A DNA stretch of 64,000 nucleotides from Macrostomum lignano. Taxonomy: Eukaryota. How positions within the stretch are numbered: position 1 is the first letter of the stretch; every line of letters starts with the position of its first letter. The stretch lies in assembly GCA_002269645.1 (NCBI GenBank), contig NIVC01000578.1, positions 510,549 to 574,548 on the forward strand, given 5' to 3'. Position numbers and translations under genes: made by a program. Positions 33,007 through 45,055 of the stretch are shown here, in pieces. The notes under the pieces are model-generated. The model was not told where the DNA came from and did not search any database. It saw only the letters and a list, made by a program, of their open reading frames with translations.

Positions 33007-36000
33007 ATGCCGGGCAACGAACCTTCGGCAGAGCCCACGGAAGATGAGTTGATTTCAGCTCTGGCCTCTAACAACTCGGGCGCTGTTCAAAGTATTATTT
33101 CTGGCGGAAAATGTGTTGACCATTTTATTGTGTATAAAGGTAAACATTTTACGCCGGCAATGATTGCATGCGACTTAGAAAGGACAGATCTCCTCATATA
33201 TTAATTGAAGCAAAGGTGGATTTGGATAGGCAAAACAGCGACGGCATCTCAGCTTTGTATCTAGCTTCATACCAAGGCTTTTTTTCAATTGTCGAGCTAC
33301 TAATTCATGCACAAGTCGATGTCAATCTTCAAACACGTGAGGGAAAATCATCTCTTTTTGCAGCATCGCAGCACGGTCATCATCAAGTGGCTAAGCTTCT
33401 CATAAAAGCCCAAGCCGATATTGATCTTGCCTATTGTTCTCCTCTTTACATGGCGGCGCAGGAGGGTCATTGCAAGGTTATTGAGTCGCTAGTCAGAGCG
33501 CAAGCTGAAGTAAATCTTCAAACAGTGATCGGCTCCACGCCACTGTACGTTGCCTCGCTTGAGGATCGGTATCAAGCAGTAGAATTGCTCATTAAAGCAC
33601 AAGCTGATGTCGACCTTCAGGATTTTGATGGGTTTTCGCCCCTATACATCGCTTCAGAGCAGGGTTATCTAAAGGTGATGAACTCACTAATCAGAGGAAA
33701 AGCTGACGTAAATCTTCAAGATTCTAAAGGCTGCTCACCGATATTCGCAGCGTGTCAGCAAGGGCATTACCAAGTAGTCGAGTCTCTCTTGAAAGCCCAA
33801 GCCGATGTCACCAGTGCAAATGGCGCAGGAAAGATACCTTTAGATATTGTTTCACAAAACAATCACTATCAGACTGTCAAGTTAATTATCGAGTTCTGCA
33901 TTCGTAATGGCATTCAAGCCAGCTATTTAAAACAGGGTCTGAGATGTGCCGAAGAGTTTGAGAATGACCGTGTTGTGGAACTGTTTCATGCTGCCACGTC
34001 ACTGGATGACTCTGGAATAAACGTTGAAAAGTAAGTGCTGCATTTTCGATAGCTAATTTGATCACTTTTGGGTAGCTGGGAGGGAGAATGAATCCAACCC
34101 TCGCGCTCACTTCTTGGGTTACATCACGCAGCATGGGCCATATTACGCAGGTTCAGGACTCAGGTGCTGGCCTGAAGGCTCGTGCGATTTTCACTCATGT
34201 GGACCGACCCTCAAGCTTCAGAATACACATACAGACGATGCTGAGAGCAGATATACAGCTCTGCGTGTGTGCCTGAGTACATATTCGGGCGCGTGCTCGT
34301 GCTTAGGTGCCGTCCGAGGAACGTCCATAGTTACTTTCCCCTCGCTGGATGTTTGTCGATGTGCAAACTGCATGTCATCTACGAGCTACTGACTTAAAAT
34401 TCTTTATCTTAACGCCCCGATTTTCGAGCGCATGTGAAACATATATTACCACTGCTTTCATCCTACAGACAGACGCACAGTGATGAGGAACTAAGCCAGC
34501 TGCTTCACTTAGCCCTGTCTAAATCGGGTTTCGTGCAATCCCGTGCTGTTTTTCAAAGCTCGACCGCAGATTTTCTTCAAGATATTCTTTTTAAAAGATA
34601 TCATACGGACGAGTACTTTGTCGTAGGCAGCTTCGCTGAAGGCTGGGGCAACAGCCTGGTCACTCTGGATGGCAGAACTGACTTCGACTCTGACGTTGAT
34701 GTGATGTGGCTCACTCATGGAAAACCCTTTCACCTGAAAGACTTTTGCGAGTGCGCTGACAGAAGTGAGCGGACAGTAGAGTACTGCAAGGGGCACATTT
34801 TGTGCTCTGGATTTGGTAAGAGTGCTGATGTCACTTTCTCCGCTACTACATTGTTTTGAAATAGAGCATTAATCAGACAAGCATACATACAAGCATACAT
34901 ACCTAAGCAGTACAATCCAAAAATTTCAGCGTCGAATCCAGCCCGCTCATATCTGGGGTTCAACCAGAGGCCGACTTTGGACGAGGTGCCGGCGCATCGC
35001 CTCTGCCGCTACCCGCCTATTGCTCCACTGCAGCCAGACAGAGTTGCGAAGTCCAACATCTTCCCAGCCGTGCTGCAGTCGATCCAGCGCGATGTTACTT
35101 CAGCCTCGTCACCCTGTCACATAGTGCACGCAGCTCCCCCTGGTAAGGCCGGTGAGCAGCTTCGAGTGAGCACCAGCTTCCTTGAGAGGCGGCTGTTACG
35201 AAATCTGACCACTCTACAGGGTCAAATGTTTGTCATTCTGAAGTGGCTACTCAAAAAGGCAATCTGCCACAATGGCTTCAGGACGTATCATGCAAAGACA
35301 ATCACGTTCCGTATGCTAGAAGAGACGCCACCTGATCAGTGGAAATCAGAGAACCTGGTGAATCTCACGAGACGTTCGCTGCAGATTTTGATTGACAGTG
35401 TTGAGAACGCCTGTAGGTCAGGCTATTTGGATTGTCGGATTATGGACCACTTCTTCTTGAGCGATGCAGCTGTCTACCTAAAAGGCGCGGACCCAAACTC
35501 AGCCGACAGTGTGCGGGAATCACTGCACCAAGCATCAAGTGCAGCGAAGGACATTGTCGCTAGGCTGCCTGAGCTGCTAATTTATTTCAAGGACAGTCTG
35601 CAACCAATCAATGAATTCGGTCGATTTTACTTCAATCCATTCCTAATTCTTTCGCTACTTCCAGCTCATCATAGCACGCGTGTTTCAAGCGCCACCAAGT
35701 GCGAGTACCATGAGATTTATGACGTGCTGTTGGAAGCCATGCGTCGTCTGCCAGCTGTGGACGGCAATGCAGAGTCTCTCATGGATTTGATTGACAAGCT
35801 CCCAGACTGTGCTCGATCAGCGCGAGAGTCTGTCAGAGCAATTATTTGCCTTCAGTTGGGTAAAAGAGACGCTGCAGCGGATATTTTGAAAAGTCTCAAG
35901 GGCTTCAGCGCAAGTAGAGGCATTGATTGGCCGGCTGAAAGATCAGCCAGCGAAGCGACTGTGGAGTTCGTTTTGCAGCACTATCCGAGTGCCACTATCC

Positions 36001-36020
36001 GAGTTTTCCAGCGAGTTTGA
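33007..36020 (+). CDS. Ankyrin-repeat + Mab-21/cGAS-like nucleotidyltransferase (cGLR-like); exons join(33007..34030,34469..34815,34930..36020) with an apparent 1-nt deletion near 33195 (~820 aa if corrected)
   Basis: About 8 ankyrin repeats (G.SPLY.AS.QGH..V...LI.A.ADVNLQ). NTase motifs VVGSFAEGWG, DSDVD and TLDEVPA. Mab-21 helical motifs LRVSTSFLERRLL, TYHAKT..F..LE..P..W and DHFF. Introns AA|GTAAGT..CTACAG|A (phase 2) and G|GTAAGA..TTTCAG|CG (phase 1) are phase-compatible. The exon sum 2462 is one short of a multiple of 3. Confidence 0.85.
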
Positions 36021-38107
36021 ACAGCTGCAAAATTCCACCATTTTACAACTTTGAATTATTCATTTTTCAATAATTTTTTTGAACAAGAGATGCTTATGAA
36101 TATTTCCACGTAGATATTTTTATCCGACCAAACCAACTGGAATCAATAGCCGGTCAAACAAGTTGACTAGAAACGCCGAGCCATCCTACCCAGCTTTTGA
36201 GCTTTATTCCCTATTTTGCTTAGAACTGCAATTCTTTCAGTTAAAAACATGCTAAGATGAACGCCAAGTCGGTCCACACTAAGCAGGCGGTTAGACTGGG
36301 ATGTCTCGGCGTTTCTAGTCGACTGGTCCGGTCAGCTAAGCCAGATATCTATTCCAGACGCTCTGGTCCGCTGCCGTGCTTTGGGTTCCATTCCAGCGCT
36401 TACGCTGCTGACATCCCTTTAAAGGCAGTTGCAGCACATACTTCATGTACCCGCAGCTATTCTACCGCAGCCTTACTGTCAAGGAGTCTTTAACAGTGCA
36501 AGCTGGAGTGGAAATCCATCTGGAATCCGGAATCCAGGATCTGGATTTTTTATTTAATGGGGGTCATTTTGTGTATATTTTATTACCTGTGATTATTCCA
36601 ATATCTTCATTTCCAAAAGTTTGAGTTTCATTCATTGTTCTGTTCAAATACATTTTGCTCTGTTCTGTTGAGGATTCGATGTTAGTTTAGAGACCAACTT
36701 TGAAAGGTTTCCGTATTTTCAATCCACCCGGACGAAACAAGTTATTTTCTAATTTTGGTTGTGTATTGGTCTATAATGACGGAACACCCTCGGTAACTTT
36801 ATATTAAAGGTACACTACAGAACGTTACCTCTGCTTCCCTTTTGTTTTGTAAGATTATTCGCGTTAATTGGTCCTTCAAAGTTGTTCAGTGAGTACTCTC
36901 TGACCCCAACATACCCCAACTGGCCCTGACTCTCAACAAACGCTTCACAATGGCTGATGTTTATCTAACTCTTTCTAACAGTGTGCTGTTTCTGCTTTTG
37001 ATTTTGATATGGATTTTACCTATCAGTGAAGTATCCTGTTTTTATCATTGTTTTCAAAGTCATTCTCTTATGATTCTAACAATTTTTCAAACAAAAAATT
37101 GGTTTCGGCTAGTTTGTCGTACATCTGAGGCTCCTCAGCAGCCCCCCCCAGTTGCTTGTTATTCTGCATCCTCTTTGATAAAGCTTGTTTATCATCACAA
37201 TATTGTCACTTATTGCGCTGATCATCGAAAAATCAGACTGCTTTAACCGATTTGCATAGTTTTATAACTGAAATCCTGCACTGGGAAATCTCCCCTGTAA
37301 ATAAGAGACGTGACGTGAACCCTCAAAGAATAGATATCGGTGCAGGAGCCGTGAAATGAGCTAATTAGTTCTAAAAAAGGCATGCTGAAGGATTAGAAAG
37401 GGCCATCTGCCTGTCGGCATCGCCGACAATCGGCCGCAATCCGGGAGCCCAGCTACTGACAGAAACCATTCCAGCGCCATTCCGTTGTACTCCAACTTCG
37501 CAGCTCACCCTGCGAGACGCTTGAGACTTTTCACCAGCACCGCGACAACCAGTATAGCCCACTCACCAAATATCGCAGCTCTGGCAACTCACTCATGGTG
37601 AAGATGAAGATGTATAAGGATGATAATCAACTGTCATTTAGGGACTATCGTAGGAACAATTAGGAATAGGACTTAGGTTTAGGTTAGGAAATTAGGGAAT
37701 TGCATTGTTATCAGAGCGTGGAGTGTAGCACTTGAAGCCAAAAGTTGAAAGAATTTTTTTAAGGCAACAAAATCTGGCAACTGCGCATTTGGAAACTCAG
37801 CTATGCAGTGCTTTGAGTTGGGTGCGGCACTTGGGAATATTAGTCAGTGATAATGTTTTTGTAGCTTATGGGTGAGACAAGCCTGACTTCTACAGAGCCT
37901 TTCCTGCACAGCCGGCAACACCGAGCCCAGAATGTCGACCAGAACGGGTTCCCGAAGATTGGTCCGCTTGCTGACTTTTGGAATTAAAACTTCAAGAGTG
38001 TAGAATTGTTTTGCTACTTTGCTAGCAATGGTATCGCTTTAATGTACGTTTGCTCTCTATGTACATCGCTAGTACAACTTGCATAAATATAGAGAGTATT
38101 GCCCCTG

Positions 38108-38822
38108 AATGGATTCAGGCTTCATGAATGGATTCAGGCTTCATGAATGGATTCAGGCTTCGGGAACGGATTCAGGCTTCAGGAACGGATTCAGGCTTCA
38201 TGAACGGATTCAGGCTTCGGGAACGGATTCAGGCTTCAGGAACGGATTCAGGATTCAGGAATGGATTTAGACAGGAACGGATTCAGGCTTCGGGAACGGA
38301 TTCAGGCTTCAGGAACGGATTCAGGATTCAGGAATGGATTTAGACAGGAACGGATTCAGGCTTCGGGAATGGATTTAGACAGGAACGGATTCAGGCTTCG
38401 GGAACGGATTCAGGCTTCAGGAATGGATTCAGGCTTCAGGAATGGATTCAGGCTTCAGGAACGGATTCAGGATTCAGGAATGGATTTAGACAGGAACGGA
38501 TTCAGGCTTCGGGAATGGATTTAGACAGGAACGGATTCAGGCTTCGGGAACGGATTCAGGCTTCAGGAATGGATTCAGGCTTCAGGAATGGATTCAGGCT
38601 TTGGGAACGGATTCAGGCTTCAGGAACGGATTCAGGCTTCGGGAACGGATTCAGGCTTCGGGAACGGATTCAGGCTTCAGGAACGGATTCAGGATTCAGG
38701 AATGGATTTAGACAGGAATGGATTCAGGCTTCGGGAACGGATTCAGGCTTCAGGAATGGATTCAGGCTTCGGGAACGGATTCAGGCTTCAGGAACGGATT
38801 CAGGCTTCAGGAACGGATTCAG
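38108..38822. repeat. 19-bp minisatellite with interspersed variant units
   Basis: Unit GGATTCAGGCTTCAGGAAC with GGATTTAGACAGGAAC variants. Confidence 0.9.
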
Positions 38823-39592
38823 GGTTTGGCAACAAGAGATTACCTAACTGAGCTGCAAACTCATCGCACACCAGTTGGAAGTTCTATTCAACAATCTATG
38901 CACGCATTTTCAGATGATTCGCTACAAATATTTTCTTACTACTCATTAGTAGGCGATTGAGCGCGAAAAGTCTGCACTTTTTAATTAATATTTCAATTTG
39001 TAACCACGTCACGCCCTGAATTAACTTAATTTAGAAAACCGATGTTTAAGGGTAAATTCTTTTGCGCTCAGGGCCAACACCGACTTCAAGCTAACCAGAA
39101 CTTTGGAATCCAGTTAGGTTACAGGTGAGGCAGGCCAACATCTGGACTCAGGGGCTTTGACAGCGGGCTGGCAAAAGTATATGGTGCCGCTGACGCCAGC
39201 GCCCTTTTAAACAAAATGGCGTCAATTCAAACAAATTTGCGCTGATTCTAACAAAATTCGCCCTTTTAGACAAAGTGGCGTCAATTCAAACAAATTTGCG
39301 CCGATTCTAACAAAATTCGCCCTTTCAAACAAAATGGCGATCGTGTAAGAAAAATGCCCCTCATCAAATCAACTAATGCCTCATCAGATTAATTAACCAC
39401 GCTTCATTAACGCAAATAGCGCTCATCCACAAACATTAGCCTCCCAAATAACCAGCTGCATAGCAAATACGCCCTGTTTGAATAAAAAAATAACTTTTAT
39501 TGCTTTCAGTCAAGTGCAAATTTTCTACTGCAAAGATTTCGGACAGCGCTGTCCAATAGAAGTGTCAGCCAGTCGGTCAGGGCTGCCCAGTT

Positions 39593-41247
39593 TCAATGAC
39601 TCATCAGCTGACTGAGCAGCACCAGCAAAACTTGGAGAGTCAGCGCGCTGCCACCTGGACACCCAAGCGGCAACGACGCACCGGACGGGAGCTCCGGCTC
39701 AATGGGAGTGCAGGCCTTGGCGTCCGCAGCCAGCAGGTCCTGCAGCAGCTGCAGTCCAATCTCCGGCCGCTCAGTCACCACGGAGTGTCCGGCACCGATC
39801 ACCGTCCGGTACCTGATCCGGCCGCCCAGGTAGGACCTCTGGACGCCTCCGATCTGCAGTCCGAAGCCCGGCGCCCGCATCGAGTAGAGCCAGGCGCCCT
39901 CGCCCTCGCGCAACGGATCCACGGGCAGCCGGTCCAGCAGCTGCTGCGTGCACCCCAGAGGCAGCATCCAGTCCAGGGCCCCGTGGTACAGCAGCACCGA
40001 CACGCAGCTGCTGGCAGCTGTCACCAGCTGCTGCAGAACATCTTTGTTTCTTCTTTGATAGTGTCCGGTTATCAGGACATTGCACAAGCTGTAGTTCACC
40101 TGGCCGCTCACGCCAAGAGCTCTCTGCACTCTGATGTCAGCCATGAAGCTGCTCAGGCCCGTCGTGTTCGAGCAGGGGTAGCCGCCACTTTCGCTGCTCA
40201 AGAAGCAGGGCTGCGCCAGGTTGTAAGGGTTCACTTGTGCCGCCTCCGAGCTCTGCGGGTGCATCGGTAGGCTTAGCCAGTCAGCCAGCTCGCAGAGGGG
40301 CTTCAGTGAGAGCCCAACTGCAGCCAGTGAGGAAGGCAGCAGTCATGCTCATCCCGCTAAGCCCTGAGCACTCATACGGATACGTACGGAGGCGCACACT
40401 CGACAAGGGTGCATTGTCATGGTCCGCGCCCACAAGGGTTGGCCCTCATAGGCGCGAATCTCAAAGCAATCTCCGAGTCAGTTTCCGTGCACGAGTCCCG
40501 AATTAACTGCTGGAATTAATTGCCGGAACTCACCAGATCGATGAGGTTGACCTCATCAGACCGAATGCCCAGCGCCTTCGTGACTGCTTCGCGATACGGC
40601 GACATGTCAAAGTCGTTGATTGTAACGTGCAGGCCGTTGCCCACGGCGATGCCCTTCAGGTTGATGAGGCTGGGCCAATGCCCGCCGTCGATGATGGCGC
40701 TGGCCAGCAACGGGATGTAGATCCCCGCGTAGCTCTCTCCCGCGATGTAGAAGGCCCGGCCTCGGTACTCGGGGAACAGGCTGTAGAAGTGGAGCAGCGC
40801 TCCCAGGTTCAGCCGCGTGGTCGCGTTATCGTTGAGCTCGGACGGGTCGGTGGGTCCGGGCTCGCTCAGGCCGACACCGCTGGGCGAGTCGATGTACAGC
40901 ACGTTGGCCAGCCGGTTCCACGCGAAGTCGTTGCGCTCCAGCTCGGCGCGGTCGTTCGCCAGGAACGGCCCGTTCGTCATGAGCAGGCCGCCGACCGAGG
41001 AGCAGCCGGGACCGCCGTTCATCCACAGCACGAGCGGAGCCGTCGCGGCGTCCACGTGGGAGCTCTCGACCAGCCAGTAGAAGAGGCGCCGGCTGCCGCC
41101 GCTGCCGCTGCTGGAGGTCAGGTAGCCCGAGTACTGGGTGAAGTTCGGGCGGAACAGCAGCCGCGGCAGCTCCTCGACGCGGCGTCTCTGGCACTCGGCG
41201 AGCGCGCAGCAGCAGAGGCAGAGCGCCAGAGTCAGAACGGGCCGCAT
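39593..41247 (-). CDS. Serine carboxypeptidase S10 (cathepsin A-like), copy B, ~457 aa, signal peptide and GPI-like tail; exons complement(join(39593..40252,40534..41247))
   Basis: Signal peptide MRPVLTLALCLCCCALA, QYSGYL, NGGPGCSS, GESYAG, GALD, GAGHSV. Phase-0 intron CTG|GTGAGT ... CCGCAG|AGC. Hydrophobic C-terminus ALTLQVLLVLLSQLM. Confidence 0.9.
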
Positions 41248-41654
41248 GGTTGCTTGCAGCAACACCTCGGCTCAGGTGCGTAAGCCCTAGCGCGTCGACA
41301 TTCTTGTGACCACTTTTATACGCTAAATTGGCGCACTCGCGGACATGCATATTCACGAGTACAATATATTCCATAGGCACCCCACTGGCTGTTGGAGCGA
41401 ATTCACTATAAACAAACAGCTCTGCAGCCATGTAGAAATTTGCACTGCATCAGTGAAATTTGGCACCATTGCTGCAAGGTTTAAAAGAGTTTTTGGTCAG
41501 AAAAGATGCTTCTGTTGGCTGCTTATCTCGAGCTGGCGATCTCGTTCTCTGTCTCTCAAGCAGTTGCGTAAACAGTTTAGCAATGTCTTAGTAATAGTGC
41601 TGAAAGGGGTAAAGTGCTTGCAACTTGTGGCTCTTTTGACTGCCCGTATAGCGG

Positions 41655-41656
<2 letters not shown>

Positions 41657-41687
<31 letters not shown>

Positions 41688-41690
41688 GTG

Positions 41691-41767
<77 letters not shown>

Positions 41768-41770
41768 GCC

Positions 41771-41833
<63 letters not shown>

Positions 41834-41858
41834 GTGTGTCTGTGTCTGTCCGCCTGTC
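41657..41858. repeat. (TCTG)n microsatellite
   Basis: Direct reading. Confidence 0.95.
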
Positions 41859-43408
41859 TGATTCAACGATCTCTAGACTTAAAGGCTCCGCTCCCAGAGC
41901 AGACGGTCAGTTCCCCATCCCGTAATGGCAGTTTTGGATGGCCCCCCGCTGTGAGGACTTCGCAACAGCAGGTTTTCCCGGTTTTAATTTACTTCAGTTG
42001 CCAACTGAATTTTAGGAACCAGTGTTCATTGTGTGCGGCTGGTTTTACTTTTACTTGAACAAAGCGATTGCAAGCAACTCTGACCATCTGCTTACAGTAA
42101 CGGAGCAAAAACACAGCAATTAACCATCAACCCCTATTGCGAGCGGACGAATCAAGTCTAGCCATTTGGGTATTAACAAATTTGACACAGTCAAAGCTGT
42201 CAGGGTTAAAATCTAATTCCGATGCAATGGCTGACATCTAAGAGTCATACAGCAGGTACCCGGCAGGTGTCAGCGTCCACAAGCCAAGAATGAATTTTCA
42301 CCCTGTTCCGTTGAATCCTGGTGAAAGCGCACACGTGGATCTCCACATTGTTGCTTAGTAGCAAGGTTCGGACTCAGTCTTCTGCCAACCTGAGCCCCTA
42401 CTCGGCAAGTGGCTGAGCACCCATTTTCTGGTGAGCTTGCAGACATCGGATTTTCTGAGCTCCTTCTTTCCTGGGGTGATTAAGCCGCGAGATGAATGCC
42501 GGCAGAGACAATGGCGCTCGGGTGATTGACTCGCGCCCAGCCCAGCAGCTTAGAGGCCGATCCCAGCTGAGCTCGGGCGTGGATCAATCGATCAGCCGAG
42601 CTCGAGGACATTAAAGTCGGGCGATTCCGACCGGCCCGGTCCCGCGGGGCCTGAGATCTCTGCCGCCTCCTGAGCAGAGCGGGCCGCGGCCAAGACAGCC
42701 CGGAGAGATTTTCTCTATTAAAGGCGCGGCACCGCTGCAGGTGAGCTGTTGACTACTCTCTATTAAAGAGGGAGGCACTTAATCCTCTACCCCCCACTCC
42801 GGTTCGAAAGACCGGCCAAAAAGTCGAATAGGAGATTGGGAACAGTTGGATAATCTTCTTCCTCCCTGGACAAGGCGCCGCCTGCCGCCCCGCATGGACC
42901 GCCGACCCAGATGGGAGATTGGGCACCCACCTGAGCCTCCTGGAAGTCTTGAGAAAGAGAATCTGGAGAGCCAACTCGTGTTCAAATTCCCATTGTGCAT
43001 GCAGATTGGGACTGCAGAAGATTCAGAGTAATCTGGCTTAAGCTGTTTATTAAATAATTTTTTGCATCAAAAACATTTCCACCAGTGCAAAAATATTTCA
43101 GTTTAGTTATTGTTTTTTCCCCAAATTTCTGCAGACTCTGGTAAAGGCTCCTAAAAGGGAGCGGACTCTGAGCTCTACCGCAGATCCCCTTGCGGCTTGG
43201 CCGCTGGTCTCGGGGACGCCCGGGATTCGATCCGCAGCCGCAATCAAGTCGGGGCTCTCCTATTGGCTGAGAGGGCCCGACTCTCCCGGACTCAAACCGA
43301 GAGCCAATTTATACGGCCCCAACCGGAACAACTGGTTGAGATCGGCAGGGCTGAGACACTGCTTAGAACTAGCTTGTGCTTCAGAAGTCCCGACAATCCG
43401 CAACACAA

Positions 43409-44346
43409 ATGGCTGGGCGCGCAGCGGTAGCGAGCCTGCAGCAGGCATTCGAGCAGCAGAAGCAGCAGCTGCGGCGCCTCGGACTCGAACCTGCGCACTC
43501 CGGCGAAGACGAAAAAGAGGAGGAGGAGGCAGCGGAGCGCCGGGACGAGGAGATGCCGGGCGGCGCGAGCGGAGGTGGCAAGAAGACCGAAGGCAGGGAG
43601 CTGAGGTGAGTCTGAGAAGCTTCGAGTCTGATGCTGCATCATTCGAGATGCTGTATTTACATGTATATCAATCATATCATGCCGCCGGACCCCCCGTCAG
43701 GCTGAAAATCAACAGCCGCGAGCGCAAGCGGATGCACGACCTGAACTCGGCGCTGGACGGCCTCCGGGAGGTGATCCCGTACGCCACGGGGCCGTCAGTG
43801 AAGAAGCTGTCGAAGATCGCCACCCTCCTGCTGGCCAAGAACTACATCCTGATGCTGCAGAGCTCGCTTGATGAGATGAAGAAGCTGCTGTCAGAGGTCT
43901 ACAAGCACCGGGGCGGCAGCGGCGGCGGGACTGGGGAGTCACCGCGGTCGACGCCAACTTCGCCGTCCGACTTGACGACTCCAGCGGCAGCAGCCGGGGC
44001 ACCCGCAGTGACAGCGGCGCCACTGCCGCCGCCACCAGCGCCAACAACGTCAGCGACACCAATGCCTTCGACTCCCACCCCGGCGATGCTGCTGCCGCAG
44101 CCGCCAGCGATGCCGACGCACTCGCAGCAGCAGCAGCATCCATTTGCCGGAGGCCTATTCCCACCGCACCTGCTGTACCAGCAGCACCCGCTGCACTGCT
44201 GGTGCCCGGACTGCTCGCTGCAGCGCCATCACCTGCGACAGGCGGCTGCAGCTGCCGCGGCCGTGGCTGCCGCCGCTGCGATAGCCGCGCCGTCTTCGGC
44301 CAGTGCAGCGGGCGGCAAAGCAACCGGAAGCTGCTTCAGCGACTGA
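43409..44346 (+). CDS. OLIG: Olig-class bHLH transcription factor, ~280 aa; exons join(43409..43605,43701..44346)
   Basis: b[73 protein letters not shown] closely matches Olig2/3 from memory. C-terminal CWCPDC motif. 95-bp phase-2 intron AG|GTGAGT..CGTCAG|G. Confidence 0.9.
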
Positions 44347-44811
44347 CAGGCAACTGCGGCTCGTGTAGCCTCGAAGGCTTTTGACTGAATGAACCAATCG
44401 AATAAACTGCTACTTGTGCAGCGCATATTCTGCTGTGTTGTGAAGTTCCATGCACTAATAATACAGGCTAATGTTTAACTTGACTCTCCCGGCACTTTCT
44501 TGTCTGCATGTCAGTTTTGACACTTTATGCATCTACAGTTTTGTAGAAACTTTCTACTTACTTCTAAGTCACTCACTGCAGTAGCGCATTGGCACTAATG
44601 GCAACGAACTGCTGGCTCCGAGTTAGCGCAGCTTTGCTGTCAATAACAGTTTAAATATAAATAAGACAAAGCATTGCACCTACACCTGCTCCACTGAAGC
44701 CTTTTTCAAAATAAGACTTTCAAATTTCTTTAAAAATGAAACATTGGTGTCTTTTGCGCGATATACGGTTGCAATAGTTTCAAGTTGGTCATTTTCCACT
44801 GAAAAGTTAGT

Positions 44812-45055
44812 CTTCATTTGCAACAATGACATTCTCTAATTTGCAACAATGATATTCTCTAATTTGCAACAATGACATTCTCTAATTTGCAACAATGACA
44901 TTCTCTAATTTGCAACAATGACATTCTCTAATTTGCAACAATGACATTCTCTAATTTGCAACAATGACATTCTCTAATTTGCAACAATGACATTCTCTAA
45001 TTTGCAACAATGACATTCTCTAATTTGCAACAATGACATTCTCTAATTTGCAACA
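44812..45055. repeat. 23-bp minisatellite (~10 copies)
   Basis: Unit TTCTCTAATTTGCAACAATGACA. Confidence 0.9.
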
